Shown: positions 25,187 to 34,991 of the stretch, in pieces
How the letters are laid out: every line of letters begins with the position of its first letter
Numbering within the stretch: position 1 is the stretch's first letter
Origin: a virus
Taxonomy: Duplodnaviria > Caudoviricetes
Length of the DNA: 43,983 nucleotides
Strand: one strand, 5' to 3'
IMG/VR virus record: IMGVR_UViG_3300017707_001045
Location: 1 to 43,983 of that record
Notes under the pieces: model-generated
Database searches by the model: none
What the model saw: the letters and a program-made list of their open reading frames with translations, nothing else
What the model was told of the DNA's origin: nothing
Made by a program: the position numbers and the translations under genes

Positions 25187-25447
25187 ATGCAAACCGATCT
25201 CTATGAAGATGTTGATGATATTGATGTGGTTGAGATGATACGTCGATTGCCTGGGGCTAGTAAGAGAAACAAGGAGATGTTGCTTAGGCGATGTGGGGTA
25301 TATAGTGAGGATGGCCAACCTGAGACGTATGCTGCTATAGGCAAGCGATATGGAGTAACCATTGAGAGGGTTAGGCAGATTACCTTCCAGGTGGTTAAGA
25401 GGGCCAGGAAGCATATTAAAGAGGCTTCGCAAGGAGTTGAGGCATGA
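25187..25447 (+). CDS. Sigma70 region-4-like HTH protein
   Basis: ETYAAIGKRYGVTIERVRQI matches the TLxEIGxxxGVTRERVRQI pattern. Confidence 0.8.
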   Translation: MQTDLYEDVDDIDVVEMIRRLPGASKRNKEMLLRRCGVYSEDGQPETYAAIGKRYGVTIERVRQITFQVVKRARKHIKEASQGVEA

Positions 25448-25614
25448 AGCTCATAAACGTATCAGATAGGCCCTTCTGGAGGCTGACTAATGGAGAGTTG
25501 AACAGCCTAGCCTTCCACCTAGTGCCCTGGCATCATGATTTTGAGGGGTTCATGGCAATAGAGTGTTTGATGTGTGACCTAGAAGATGAGATAGCGGAGA
25601 GGAATCAATTATGA
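25444..25614 (+). CDS. 56-aa hypothetical protein (not in ORF track)
   Basis: MKLINVSDRPFWRLTNGEL...; ATGA overlaps at both ends. Confidence 0.55.
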   Translation: MKLINVSDRPFWRLTNGELNSLAFHLVPWHHDFEGFMAIECLMCDLEDEIAERNQL

Positions 25615-25835
25615 GACTAATAAACGATCTGCTGGGACGGAATGTCGATTTGACCGGAACCTTAGAGGATGGGCCTGAGGCTCAGCTTAAGAGGTGGAAG
25701 GAGGCTAGGTGCAAGTGTAAGTGCTTTCCTGTGGGGTTTAAGCCCAAGACATGGATGGAGAACTATCATTACTTTGTGAAACCGACAGCTTGTGAGAGCT
25801 ATCAGATGTTTCTGATGATTGAGGGTGATTTATGA
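25611..25835 (+). CDS. Hypothetical protein
   Basis: ORF track; ATGA overlap. Confidence 0.55.
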   Translation: MRLINDLLGRNVDLTGTLEDGPEAQLKRWKEARCKCKCFPVGFKPKTWMENYHYFVKPTACESYQMFLMIEGDL

Positions 25836-26263
25836 AAATACTTAAATCTATCGGTGTATACCTGATTCTGGGTATACTTGTGACTGGGTGCGTGACTGCT
25901 GTAGGGGATCGTAATTATCAGCGGTGGCAGTTGGCTTCTTATAGTGCTGCCTACGGTGGATCTGTTGCGTGGTTGACTGATCATCCTGGGGATGTGGGCA
26001 AGTTTGAGGTAGTGGCTGAGGAGTTGGGGCTGATGTCAGAGCAGCCTGTGATCATCTTGCAGGACTTTTTGATTGTGGCGAAGAGGTTACCTATTAAGGA
26101 GCTTAGGAATGATGGTAATATAGCGTTGATAGCGGATACGGTGGTCATGATTGCGGATAGTGAAGGGGCGATGGATAGGGAGAAGGTTCAGCTTTACTTG
26201 AAGCCTATTGTTACTGGGGTATCTCGTGGATTATCGGCAGGCATTGGAAGGGTGAAACGATGA
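25832..26263 (+). CDS. Lipoprotein
   Basis: MKILKSIGVYLILGILVTG|C lipobox. Confidence 0.7.
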   Translation: MKILKSIGVYLILGILVTGCVTAVGDRNYQRWQLASYSAAYGGSVAWLTDHPGDVGKFEVVAEELGLMSEQPVIILQDFLIVAKRLPIKELRNDGNIALIADTVVMIADSEGAMDREKVQLYLKPIVTGVSRGLSAGIGRVKR

Positions 26264-26433
26264 AACGCAAAGAACGAGGCTTTGAGGAAACCCTAGAGCA
26301 GCATGGGCTGTATGGTAAGAGTGTGCGTGGGGTGGATGACGTTATTAACGATGTCCTAACTGAGCATGGCCTGGTGAAGCTCGTTAAGCGTAAGAAGGCT
26401 TACAGGCCTGAGGATGAAGAGGAGGAGGATTGA
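26260..26433 (+). CDS. 57-aa hypothetical protein (not in ORF track)
   Basis: MKRKERGFEETLEQHGLY...EDEEEED; ATGA overlap. Confidence 0.5.
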   Translation: MKRKERGFEETLEQHGLYGKSVRGVDDVINDVLTEHGLVKLVKRKKAYRPEDEEEED

Positions 26434-26735
26434 ACATCCACCTAGAGCTAGCAAAGATGGTGTGCATGGGGTGGAGGCCTGATTCTCCTGGGGCAACCAA
26501 GGAGATACTTGAGGCTTACTATAATGGATACACCCTAAACGGGGCCGAGAGGCATTTAATCATCAGCGCGGTGGTGGTGCTTAACTCTCTGTTTTTGGCT
26601 GTAAACATAGTACAGCCTAACATTGTTAGTGTAGACAATGAAACCAAAGCGATTGGCTCAACTACGCTAGTTAAGCGTCGAGGATGCCCTCCAGGTGGAT
26701 GGCCTAAGAAGGATAAGCCTGTAGAGCATGACTGA
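26430..26735 (+). CDS. Hypothetical protein
   Basis: ORF track; KRRGCPPGGWPKK basic tail. Confidence 0.55.
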   Translation: MNIHLELAKMVCMGWRPDSPGATKEILEAYYNGYTLNGAERHLIISAVVVLNSLFLAVNIVQPNIVSVDNETKAIGSTTLVKRRGCPPGGWPKKDKPVEHD

Positions 26736-28461
26736 TCCCCGCTTCATTACTAACCGCCAATGCATGTCATGCGATAAGCCTATCGTGTTGACGGTGCATT
26801 CGGTTGCTCATGAAGGGACGGAGCGTCAGAAGTGGTTTTGTTGCGATAAGTGCTCAGATGATTGGTGGAATAGTCAGTCATTTTCACCTCTCTACGAGAA
26901 GATCCAACCTGGATGGAAGGATTCTAAGAATCTTAAGCGTGATAGGGAGATGCTTATTACTCTCCAGAAGGCTGACCCTTGGCGGCATGGATACGTTCCT
27001 CCTCACTGGGAGATGGCTGATAAGAACTGGCTAGAGTGTAAGGAGATGCTGATTAGTGGTGGGAACCGAGCCGGTAAAACACTCTGGGCAGGTCGGGAGA
27101 TCATCAAGACACTAGTAGCTAAGGAGAACGCAAACGCGATCTGTTGTCATACGTCTAGGGATACAAGCGTGGAGATTCAGCAACCTGCCATCTATCATTT
27201 TTTGCCTCCAGAGTTAAGAGCGACTAAGAAAAGTAGGGTTGCCTATCTTAACTATTCCAGGAAGAACGGATTCACAGATAGGAGCTTCATTCTACCCAAC
27301 GGTTCTAGGTGCTCATTCCTTAACTACACTCAGGACATAGCGACGATTGAAGGCCGGGAGGCAGACATCATCTGGTGTGACGAGTTGGTGCCTCAGAGTT
27401 GGATTGATACGCTTAGACCGCGCTTGTGGACTCGTAAGGGTAAACTCCTGGTTACCCAGACACCTCTTGAGGGCGTTGCGAGCGTTTACAAGGAGTTTAC
27501 GGCAGGAGGTAAGATTATCGAGTGGGGTGATGCTGACTTGCTAGAGGGTCGCCAGGCGTTCCCCACATGGCCAGCAGGCAAGGCACCTAAGGTGATGATC
27601 GGAATGAATCCTCAAAGGAGAACTGTCTGGTTCTTCTCTGCTGATAATCCTTTCAACCCTTACTCAGAGGTAAAGGAAAAGCTTACAGGTGCTCCTACAG
27701 GTCAGATTCTAACTAGGGCTTACGGTTGGGCTACTGATACCACAGGGAAGGCGTTTACCAGGTTCAATCCTCAAGTCCATTGCATTCCTAGGGAGAAGAT
27801 ACCGCCGGGTGGCTCTACCTACATGATCATTGACCCGGCTGGGCGTAGGAATTGGTTCATCCTTTGGGCGAACTTTTATGAAGACGGAAAAATTGTTGTT
27901 ATCAAAGAGTTCCCTGACTTCCGCAATCATGGCGAATGGGCGCTTTCGGGGGACAAACCCGATGGAAAGAAGGGTCCGGCTCAAATGGCTGGTGCAGGCA
28001 AGGGATTCCCAGAGTGGCGACAAGTATTTCGAGACGTTGAAAGCGAGCTTGGCTGCGGAGAACCTGTTGCAAGGTTGATTGATCCTAAAGCAGGCGGGAC
28101 TCCTTCACTAAGCTTGGAGGGAGGAACCACACTCATTGATCTTCTAGCTACTGATAGCGATCACGACACAGGGATGTATGTGATACCAGCTCCAGGGGTG
28201 GTGGTAGATCAACGATCCTCTGCTATCAATGATGCTCTAGCCTACGACGCCACCAAGCCACTATCCACAGTCAACGAGCCGCGTCTCTACATTGTAGACG
28301 ACTGTGATAATCTGATTTGGTGCCTTGCTGAGCATACGGGCATGGATGGAGATAAAGGGGCCAGCAAAGATCCTATCGACTGCCTGGGGATGCTTTTGAC
28401 TTCGAGCTTAGAGTATGTCGGGTCCGGTGGGTTCTCAACTGTAGGAGGAGGAAGCTATTAA
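26728..28461 (+). CDS. terL: Terminase large subunit
   Basis: Walker A SGGNRAGKT, Walker B IIWCDE, coupling motif TQTP, nuclease IIDPA...KDPIDCL. Confidence 0.95.
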   Translation: MTDPRFITNRQCMSCDKPIVLTVHSVAHEGTERQKWFCCDKCSDDWWNSQSFSPLYEKIQPGWKDSKNLKRDREMLITLQKADPWRHGYVPPHWEMADKNWLECKEMLISGGNRAGKTLWAGREIIKTLVAKENANAICCHTSRDTSVEIQQPAIYHFLPPELRATKKSRVAYLNYSRKNGFTDRSFILPNGSRCSFLNYTQDIATIEGREADIIWCDELVPQSWIDTLRPRLWTRKGKLLVTQTPLEGVASVYKEFTAGGKIIEWGDADLLEGRQAFPTWPAGKAPKVMIGMNPQRRTVWFFSADNPFNPYSEVKEKLTGAPTGQILTRAYGWATDTTGKAFTRFNPQVHCIPREKIPPGGSTYMIIDPAGRRNWFILWANFYEDGKIVVIKEFPDFRNHGEWALSGDKPDGKKGPAQMAGAGKGFPEWRQVFRDVESELGCGEPVARLIDPKAGGTPSLSLEGGTTLIDLLATDSDHDTGMYVIPAPGVVVDQRSSAINDALAYDATKPLSTVNEPRLYIVDDCDNLIWCLAEHTGMDGDKGASKDPIDCLGMLLTSSLEYVGSGGFSTVGGGSY

Positions 28462-28483
28462 CACACAAGAAAAAGTCCCGCGC

Positions 28484-28651
28484 ATGTTGCGGATAAGCCA
28501 GGTAGTGGAGATCACAGGGGTTAACCCACAGCAGATTACCAAGATGGTCAAAGCTGGGGTTCTGCCAATCATCAATCCTGGTGGCTCAAAAGAATTTCGC
28601 GGGTATTACCGAAAAGAAGACATCGAACGAGTTTTTCAAATTAAATTATGA
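28484..28651 (+). CDS. 55-aa AlpA/excisionase/MerR-like winged HTH (not in ORF track)
   Basis: MLRISQVVEITGVNPQQITKMVKAGVLP...YYRKEDIE; ATGA overlap with the portal gene. Confidence 0.7.
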   Translation: MLRISQVVEITGVNPQQITKMVKAGVLPIINPGGSKEFRGYYRKEDIERVFQIKL

Positions 28652-30741
28652 CTACAATTACAGAATCGCGGGATGACATGGCTCAGGTTGATACCAAGAA
28701 GCCGAATATTTCCGCGCTTAACGAAGAGCTTGTTAGGTCTTCTGCACATAGCGGTGTCCTTGACCGTGTTGATAACATCGACAACACACGATTTTGCAGG
28801 TGGGCAGGTCAAACGGTGGACGGAAAGAAGCACGCCAAGAATCAAGGCGAGGCTGGATCGTTTCCATGGGAGGGGGCGTCTGATACCAGGATTCATATTG
28901 CCGATGAGGTCATCAACTCGCTAGTTGACCTGGACGTGACGAGCTACTGGCGATCTACGTGCAAGGTTTCGCCTAATAAGTTCACCGAAACCGCCGACGC
29001 TGCCGCTTCTCATGCCCTAATGGATTGGATGCTTCGTCAGAACCTACACGCTGAGATGGTGCGTGAGGTTGAGCTGGCTAGCCAATACCGATGGCATTAT
29101 GGCTGGTCAGGGGCTCACATCACTTGGCAACAAGAAATGGGTCAAGTTGAGCATGAAGTCAGTATGCAGGATGTGATTGCCATGGCTCAGCAGGCTCAAC
29201 CTGGTTCGATCTTCGCTGAATTGCCTGATCTTATCATGAATCCAGAGGCAGAGGACCAAGTTGCAGAGATTTTCGTTGGTGCTTTTAACCACATTAAGAA
29301 GAAGCGAGCCGTCAAAGCCATCCGAGAGCTTAGGAAAGAGGGTAAATGCTCGTTCCCTATTCCTAAGATGGTTAAAAATCAGGCGTGCATCTCTGCTTTG
29401 ACGCCTTACGAAGAACTCTCGTTCCCACCAGAGACCACAGACATTCAAAGTGCGCGGGTTGTCTTCCGTCGCTGCTTCATGAGTGAGGCTGAAGTCCGTC
29501 AGAAGGTCGAAACTGATGAGTGGGACGCAGAGTGGGCAGATGTAGCAATCAAGAAGGCTGGTAGCACAACGTCAGTTGACAGTTTTAACATCTCTGCAAC
29601 CGGATTGGCTGGCGATGAGAGCAAACTTATTGAGGTTGTTTACGCTTATCAGAAGTCTTTCGATGAAGATGATGTGCCTGGGGTGTGGTATACGGTATTC
29701 TCTCCCCATGTTCCTGATAAATGGGGTAAGTTTGAGCTTCTAGACTATGATCATGGAAAATATCCGTTTGTTATCTGGCGCTCTGAGATCATCCACCGTA
29801 AGATTGTAGAGAGCCGAGGAGTTCCTGAGATCGTTTACACCTGGCAGAACGAAGCCAAGGCGCAGCGGGATTCTGTTTTCGACTATACGTCCATTTCTAC
29901 CATTCCACCGCTTCAAGTTCCTAAGACTAGGGCGGGAACTCTTAAGATTGGGCCAGCGGTTCAGGTTCCAGTGCTTAGAGCTGGTGAGATTTCATGGATG
30001 AATCCTCCGGCCAGGGAGCCTAATGTTGCCTTCCTGCTTCTGGATGTCATCCAGGCGCAAGTTGACAAGTATTTCGGTAGGGCTACCGAGAAAGTTCCTC
30101 CTGCAATATCCCAGATGCGTCAGCAGCGCAATGTGAATGCATTCCTACACGGATGGACTGAAGCCTTTAAGCAGGTCCTATCTTTGAGCGTTCAGTATCT
30201 CGGAGTTGAAGAGGTTGCACGTATCACCGGCATCAATACTGAGATTACACAGGAGGAGCAGGAGCTTGATATCGCTATTCGCTTCGATGTTCGTGAGCTT
30301 CAGAGCGATCTAGTCACAGAGAAGCTTAACGCTATCACTCAGATCATTGGACCGGCTGACAGAGCTGGTGTCTTGGACTGGGCTAAGATCGTTCCTGGCC
30401 TGGTTCGTCTCATTGATCCTACGCTTGCTCAAGAGTTCGTCTTAGACAAGGCCAGCGCCACACAGAAGATGTTTGATGAGACTAACAATGACATTCTTTT
30501 GATGTTCTCGGGTAATCCTCCAAAGCTTCGGGAGAATGACCCAGCAGCACAAACTCGCCTCATGTTTGCTCAGCAGATTATGCAGAGTAATCCCAAGTAC
30601 ATGGAGGCAGTAAACAAGGGAGATGAGATTTTCAAAAAGCATCTTGAGGATTACTTCAAGAATCTTTCCTTCTCGGTTCAGCAACAACAAAACGCAGTAA
30701 CTGGACGCCTAGGGGTTGATCCTAACGCAGTTCAAGCATAA
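28648..30741 (+). CDS. Portal protein (podovirus/P22-like size)
   Basis: 697 aa directly after terL; FPWEGASD, YDHGKYPFV, SRGVPEI; Gln-rich helical C-terminus. Confidence 0.85.
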   Translation: MTTITESRDDMAQVDTKKPNISALNEELVRSSAHSGVLDRVDNIDNTRFCRWAGQTVDGKKHAKNQGEAGSFPWEGASDTRIHIADEVINSLVDLDVTSYWRSTCKVSPNKFTETADAAASHALMDWMLRQNLHAEMVREVELASQYRWHYGWSGAHITWQQEMGQVEHEVSMQDVIAMAQQAQPGSIFAELPDLIMNPEAEDQVAEIFVGAFNHIKKKRAVKAIRELRKEGKCSFPIPKMVKNQACISALTPYEELSFPPETTDIQSARVVFRRCFMSEAEVRQKVETDEWDAEWADVAIKKAGSTTSVDSFNISATGLAGDESKLIEVVYAYQKSFDEDDVPGVWYTVFSPHVPDKWGKFELLDYDHGKYPFVIWRSEIIHRKIVESRGVPEIVYTWQNEAKAQRDSVFDYTSISTIPPLQVPKTRAGTLKIGPAVQVPVLRAGEISWMNPPAREPNVAFLLLDVIQAQVDKYFGRATEKVPPAISQMRQQRNVNAFLHGWTEAFKQVLSLSVQYLGVEEVARITGINTEITQEEQELDIAIRFDVRELQSDLVTEKLNAITQIIGPADRAGVLDWAKIVPGLVRLIDPTLAQEFVLDKASATQKMFDETNNDILLMFSGNPPKLRENDPAAQTRLMFAQQIMQSNPKYMEAVNKGDEIFKKHLEDYFKNLSFSVQQQQNAVTGRLGVDPNAVQA

Positions 30742-30748
30742 CAAACAC

Positions 30749-31432
30749 ATGGAAACTACAGAGGAGAAAACAGAAACCAAAAGCCCATTTGAATTTAGCG
30801 TTCAATGGCATTTGCAGCATGCTCAAAACTGGATGCAGATTTTTGAGCATCACAAACCTAAGCGAGCCCTTGAGATTGGGTGCTATGAAGGAATGTCGAG
30901 CGTGTTCCTATTGGATCATGCTAAATGGCTCAAAGAGTTAGTTTGCCTGGATTCATGGAGCGGTGAACTTGATTACACGACCGTTGATCACTCAGTGATT
31001 GAAGGTCGATTCGACCGAAACATTGCAGCTCATGCAAAGTCTGGAATCGTCAAGAAGATGAAGGGGGATTCCTCTGATTCTCTCGCTAAGCTAATTGCTG
31101 AAGGAAGAAACGGTCAGTTTGACTTCATCTATGTAGATGGAAATCACACAGCACAGGGAACGCTCCAGGATGCAGTCATGGCCTGGAAGCTTCTGGCAAA
31201 GGATGGGCTGATGATCTTTGATGATTACCTGTGGAGAGCGACTCCTCAGCATCACACGGTCGCTAGCCCTAAGATTGCTATTGATGCATTCACAAACATC
31301 TACTCTCATGAGCTGATGATTTTGCCGATCTTCACACTGTCTCAAGTCTACTGCCAGAAGGTAGACATTGGCGGATGGCTTGAGAAATACAAAGAGGTTC
31401 ACCCTGACAAAACTCCGTTAATCACTGGCTAA
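30749..31432 (+). CDS. Class I SAM-dependent methyltransferase (Methyltransf_24-like)
   Basis: LEIGCYEGMS, CLDSW, FDFIYVDGNH, GLMIFDDY. Confidence 0.9.
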   Translation: METTEEKTETKSPFEFSVQWHLQHAQNWMQIFEHHKPKRALEIGCYEGMSSVFLLDHAKWLKELVCLDSWSGELDYTTVDHSVIEGRFDRNIAAHAKSGIVKKMKGDSSDSLAKLIAEGRNGQFDFIYVDGNHTAQGTLQDAVMAWKLLAKDGLMIFDDYLWRATPQHHTVASPKIAIDAFTNIYSHELMILPIFTLSQVYCQKVDIGGWLEKYKEVHPDKTPLITG

Positions 31433-31433
31433 T

Positions 31434-31646
31434 ATGACACGAGAGGAAATCGATAAGATCATCAACGTAGAGTGCAAGGAGAGCCGATTGTTTAAAGCTG
31501 TAATCGACTTGGCAAAACTCTTAGAGGTTGATGATAGGAACAGCCTTTTGAATCCAGACCTAACCGACTCGGGGGCTCATTTTAACAGAGGCAGAATGGC
31601 TGCTTCTAACTACATGGTTGAAGTATTGGAGGAATACATTAATTGA
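31434..31646 (+). CDS. Hypothetical head-module protein
   Basis: ORF track. Confidence 0.65.
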   Translation: MTREEIDKIINVECKESRLFKAVIDLAKLLEVDDRNSLLNPDLTDSGAHFNRGRMAASNYMVEVLEEYIN

Positions 31647-32347
31647 AAACACACATTACAATTTACAGTTACGGTGGAATCCCTGGACCTTGCCTAAACA
31701 CGCACATTGCTCTGACGAGTTACATCGTTAAGAACAAGCGCGATTGCATCCTTAGAAACGTGAGGGACGATGCGCTTATCTCACGTAGTCGATCCAGGGA
31801 GACGGCGGTTGCTGTAGAAAGTGGGGCTGATGTTTGGATGCAGCTCGATCACGATATTACATTTGAACCGGAAGAGATGTTCCGGATGTGCGAGCTGGCG
31901 CTTGAGAAGAATGCGGCCATCTGTGGGGTATACTCATGCCGCAATGTTCCTCCTAGGTGCGCTCTAAGGCCAAAGAGTGGCAATCCTATCGAGGAAGTCG
32001 GAATCGATGAGCTTGTTCCTGTTACCTACTTCGCATCTGGGTTTGTGGCTATCCCGGTTAGTCGAATCATGGACACTGTGGAAATCTGCCAGACAGACGC
32101 AGTGCCGGAAGAATATCGGGTGAAGTGGATCATGGACGCCAAGGTTGAAGGGTTTCAATCAAGGTTCCCATCACTTTGGGCTCCCATTGTCCAATCCGCC
32201 GGTAATGGGGTCTATGAGTATCTCTCGGAGGACTACAGCGCATCTGCACGAATGACACTTGCTGGCGTTGACCAATACGCATGGCTTAAACCTGTTTTGA
32301 GCCATTGGGGAGACTATCCTTTCAAGATGCCGTCTAAATCAAAATAA
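31643..32347 (+). CDS. GT-A fold (GT2-like) glycosyltransferase
   Basis: ISRSR, WMQLDHD (DxD), SGFVAI, YLSEDY, LSHWG. Confidence 0.8.
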   Translation: MKTHITIYSYGGIPGPCLNTHIALTSYIVKNKRDCILRNVRDDALISRSRSRETAVAVESGADVWMQLDHDITFEPEEMFRMCELALEKNAAICGVYSCRNVPPRCALRPKSGNPIEEVGIDELVPVTYFASGFVAIPVSRIMDTVEICQTDAVPEEYRVKWIMDAKVEGFQSRFPSLWAPIVQSAGNGVYEYLSEDYSASARMTLAGVDQYAWLKPVLSHWGDYPFKMPSKSK

Positions 32348-32376
32348 CTCCGGATAGGTTCTAATAGGTTTGCATT

Positions 32377-32410
32377 AGCCCCCTTGCTACGCTTGGGGGC
32401 TTTTGTTTTG
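32377..32410 (+). terminator. Rho-independent terminator
   Basis: agccccc-N11-gggggct followed by tttgttttg. Confidence 0.7.
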
Positions 32411-32492
32411 TTGCCATCAACGGTTCTAGGTTTCCGAGAAACCTTGGTCATTAAAAGCCTTCTTGTATGGCTTAAAACTGCATGGCGACCCA

Positions 32493-33500
32493 ATGGCTGA
32501 CACAAACACAACTGGGGAAGCGACACCCCAAAATAACACGGCACAAGCTCCGGTTAAACTCAATCCGATCCAGTTCCCAGAGGCGGCATTGGAACAGTTG
32601 CTTAAATCGCAACTTTCAGGAGCACAAGAGGAACAAAAGGAAACCCCTGTTGCTGAAGAGGCAAAGGAAGATCCGGCAGAGTCTCAACCCTCTGACGAAA
32701 AGGTTGAGGCGGAATCTGATGATTCAGAATCCGATGCTCATTCACAGTCTGAAGAGGAAGTTTCCGAGGAACCAGAAGAGCAATCGAGGGTTCAGAAGCG
32801 TTTTGACAAGCTCACAGCGAGAGCTAAGGAAGCCGAAGAGCGGGCCGAGGCTGCTTTCAAAGAAGCAGAAGCGATCAAGCAACGGCTTCAAGAGCTAGAG
32901 CAAAAGGTTGCTGAACCGGCACCAGTTCAAACAGGAGACAATCGATTCATTGACGTGTGGGACGCTGAGAAGCTGAAACACGAAAAGGCTATCGCTTACA
33001 ACCTAGTTGAGTGGTGTGAGGACAATCGGGATGGGGTTGAGGTAAACGGAACCGAATACACAGCGGAACAGATTAGGACCATTCGTAAGAATGCCAAGCG
33101 TTCCCTGGATATCCAGATTCCAGAGCGAGAAGCGTTTCTGGCTCGATTCAATCAAGTGAAGCCTCAAGCGGAGACACTTTACCCATTCTGGAAAGACACT
33201 CGATCAACGGAATACACCGAGGCTCAGCAAGTCTTGAGAGTGGTACCGCAGCTCAAATCGGTTCCAGAATACCAAGTTTGGATTGGTGACGCTCTGGAAG
33301 GTCGAAAGGTTCGACTAGCCAAGCAAGCCAACCAGAACAAGGTGCCAGCGGTTCCTAAAGCAGCTCCAAAGCAACCTTCCCAGCCGAAAGCATCGGTAGG
33401 TAAGACCGACAAGGAGACAACCGCTAAAGCAGCCGCAAGAAAAACCTTCTTTGAGACTAAGAGTGAGTCAGCACTAGCAGAGCTTGTTAAGGGACTTTAA
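32493..33500 (+). CDS. Capsid scaffolding protein
   Basis: Acidic low-complexity N-terminus; RVQKRFDKLTARAKEAEE coiled coil; directly upstream of the capsid gene. Confidence 0.8.
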   Translation: MADTNTTGEATPQNNTAQAPVKLNPIQFPEAALEQLLKSQLSGAQEEQKETPVAEEAKEDPAESQPSDEKVEAESDDSESDAHSQSEEEVSEEPEEQSRVQKRFDKLTARAKEAEERAEAAFKEAEAIKQRLQELEQKVAEPAPVQTGDNRFIDVWDAEKLKHEKAIAYNLVEWCEDNRDGVEVNGTEYTAEQIRTIRKNAKRSLDIQIPEREAFLARFNQVKPQAETLYPFWKDTRSTEYTEAQQVLRVVPQLKSVPEYQVWIGDALEGRKVRLAKQANQNKVPAVPKAAPKQPSQPKASVGKTDKETTAKAAARKTFFETKSESALAELVKGL

Positions 33501-33504
33501 TTTT

Positions 33505-34563
33505 ATGGCATACAATCCAGGCATGATCCAGCCGACCCAGGTCGGCATCCGTGAAGAGTTGGCTGACTATATCGCTAACGTAGATGCGAAATCAACCCCG
33601 CTAACCTCAATGATTCCAAAGGGAAAAGACCTTGGAAATCAACAGTTTAGCTGGCAAGTAGACGATTACACTGATCCTAAGCCGGGTGGTGTGGCTGATG
33701 GCGCTGATGTGACCTTTGCGGCTGATGCTACCTCTAACGCTAGCTCCAACCGAACCCGCCTTTATAACCTTGCTCAGGTGTTCCGGCGTGTTCACCGAAC
33801 CGGTTTCATTGCAGACACTTCCAATGTTGCAGGGCTGAGCGATGAGACAGCCAAAGGCGTTGCAAAGCGCATGGTGGAAATGAAACGCGATATTGAGCAT
33901 TCAATCGCCTGCACGAATCAGAACTATTTTGCAGGTAACAACGCTCCTCTTGGAACTCTTACCTCTTCTCTCGGAACTTGGTTGACTACCAACGTATCCA
34001 CCGGCCTTGGCGCTCCTACGTCTGGCTTTGAAACCCCTGCCGCTTCTCGTCCGGCAACTAACACCTCCAACATCACTGAAACTGTAGTCCAGGACATCCT
34101 TGCTTCCATGTATGGCGAGACTGGCGTGTATCGTGACTATGACGCTATTGTTGGGACCACGCTGAAACGTGCGTTCACTCAGCTTTGCGATGCTAAGTCT
34201 ACCACGAACGGAACCGCTAACACGTTCACTCAATCGTCTGTTCGCACCTTTAACAAGGAACTGTCTTCTAGCGTCTACTCCTCCTCGATTGACGTGTTTG
34301 AAGGTGACTTTGGAACCATCCGACTGCACCCCACCACGTTCATCGGTAACACCAATGGCTCACCTTTGGCCACCTCGTTCTCTCCTCAGGCTTACAAGGG
34401 TTACATCTTGCCTATGGAGATGTTGGAGCTTCGCTATGCCAAGCTTCCCGAGGTTCAAGAGCTTCCTAATGCGGGTGGTGGACCTGCGCGGCTTGTCCAG
34501 GCCATCTGCGGTCTTGTGGTAAAAAATCCCGCAGGAATGGGCATGTTTAACGCGGTTAACTAA
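33505..34563 (+). CDS. Major capsid protein (HK97 fold, DUF5309/SU10-like)
   Basis: GIREELADYI...TPL...WQVD...GAD...RTRLYNLAQVFRR...EMKRDIE; FEGDFG. Confidence 0.9.
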   Translation: MAYNPGMIQPTQVGIREELADYIANVDAKSTPLTSMIPKGKDLGNQQFSWQVDDYTDPKPGGVADGADVTFAADATSNASSNRTRLYNLAQVFRRVHRTGFIADTSNVAGLSDETAKGVAKRMVEMKRDIEHSIACTNQNYFAGNNAPLGTLTSSLGTWLTTNVSTGLGAPTSGFETPAASRPATNTSNITETVVQDILASMYGETGVYRDYDAIVGTTLKRAFTQLCDAKSTTNGTANTFTQSSVRTFNKELSSSVYSSSIDVFEGDFGTIRLHPTTFIGNTNGSPLATSFSPQAYKGYILPMEMLELRYAKLPEVQELPNAGGGPARLVQAICGLVVKNPAGMGMFNAVN

Positions 34564-34578
34564 GCATTGGTTGAAGTC

Positions 34579-34616
34579 GGGGTCGGTAGGTTTCTCCTCC
34601 CTACCGGCCCCTTATT
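34579..34616 (+). terminator. Terminator after the capsid gene
   Basis: 12-bp stem ggggtcggtagg/cctaccggcccc followed by ttatt. Confidence 0.7.
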
Positions 34617-34619
34617 AAA

Positions 34620-34991
34620 ATGGATATCATCACAGATCTTTTGGACAGCATGGACGGGCCGCTTAAGCAGGCCGTCATTAACGAACTTGTAAACGCTGCC
34701 AAGATGGAGGAAGTGCAGTCTGGCATCAACCACGCAAGGATTGGCGCTCATAATTATAACAATGAGTCCAAGGCCATTGAGGGGGTTGGTCGCCATCGCC
34801 TTCGGATTGATCCATTTCATTTTCATTATTGGGGAAAGAAATTCAAAACTTACGACTGCTGGAAAGACAAGGGCTTCATCAACGATGTTGAGAAGGTCCA
34901 TCCAGAGTTGAAGGTTAAGTGCGGAGGTACGCGCTTGCAGGTTGGTTATAGCGGAGAAAACAAGAGATCCACACAGAAATACAATTTATGA
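34620..34991 (+). CDS. Conserved-looking post-capsid hypothetical protein
   Basis: ORF track; YHYW-like FHYWG...CWKDKGF...HPEL. Confidence 0.7.
   Translation: MDIITDLLDSMDGPLKQAVINELVNAAKMEEVQSGINHARIGAHNYNNESKAIEGVGRHRLRIDPFHFHYWGKKFKTYDCWKDKGFINDVEKVHPELKVKCGGTRLQVGYSGENKRSTQKYNL

Noticed and set aside
25832-26263. o-spanin
   Set aside because: The lipobox is real, but there is no adjacent i-spanin and the protein is not Pro-rich; left as a lipoprotein of unknown function.
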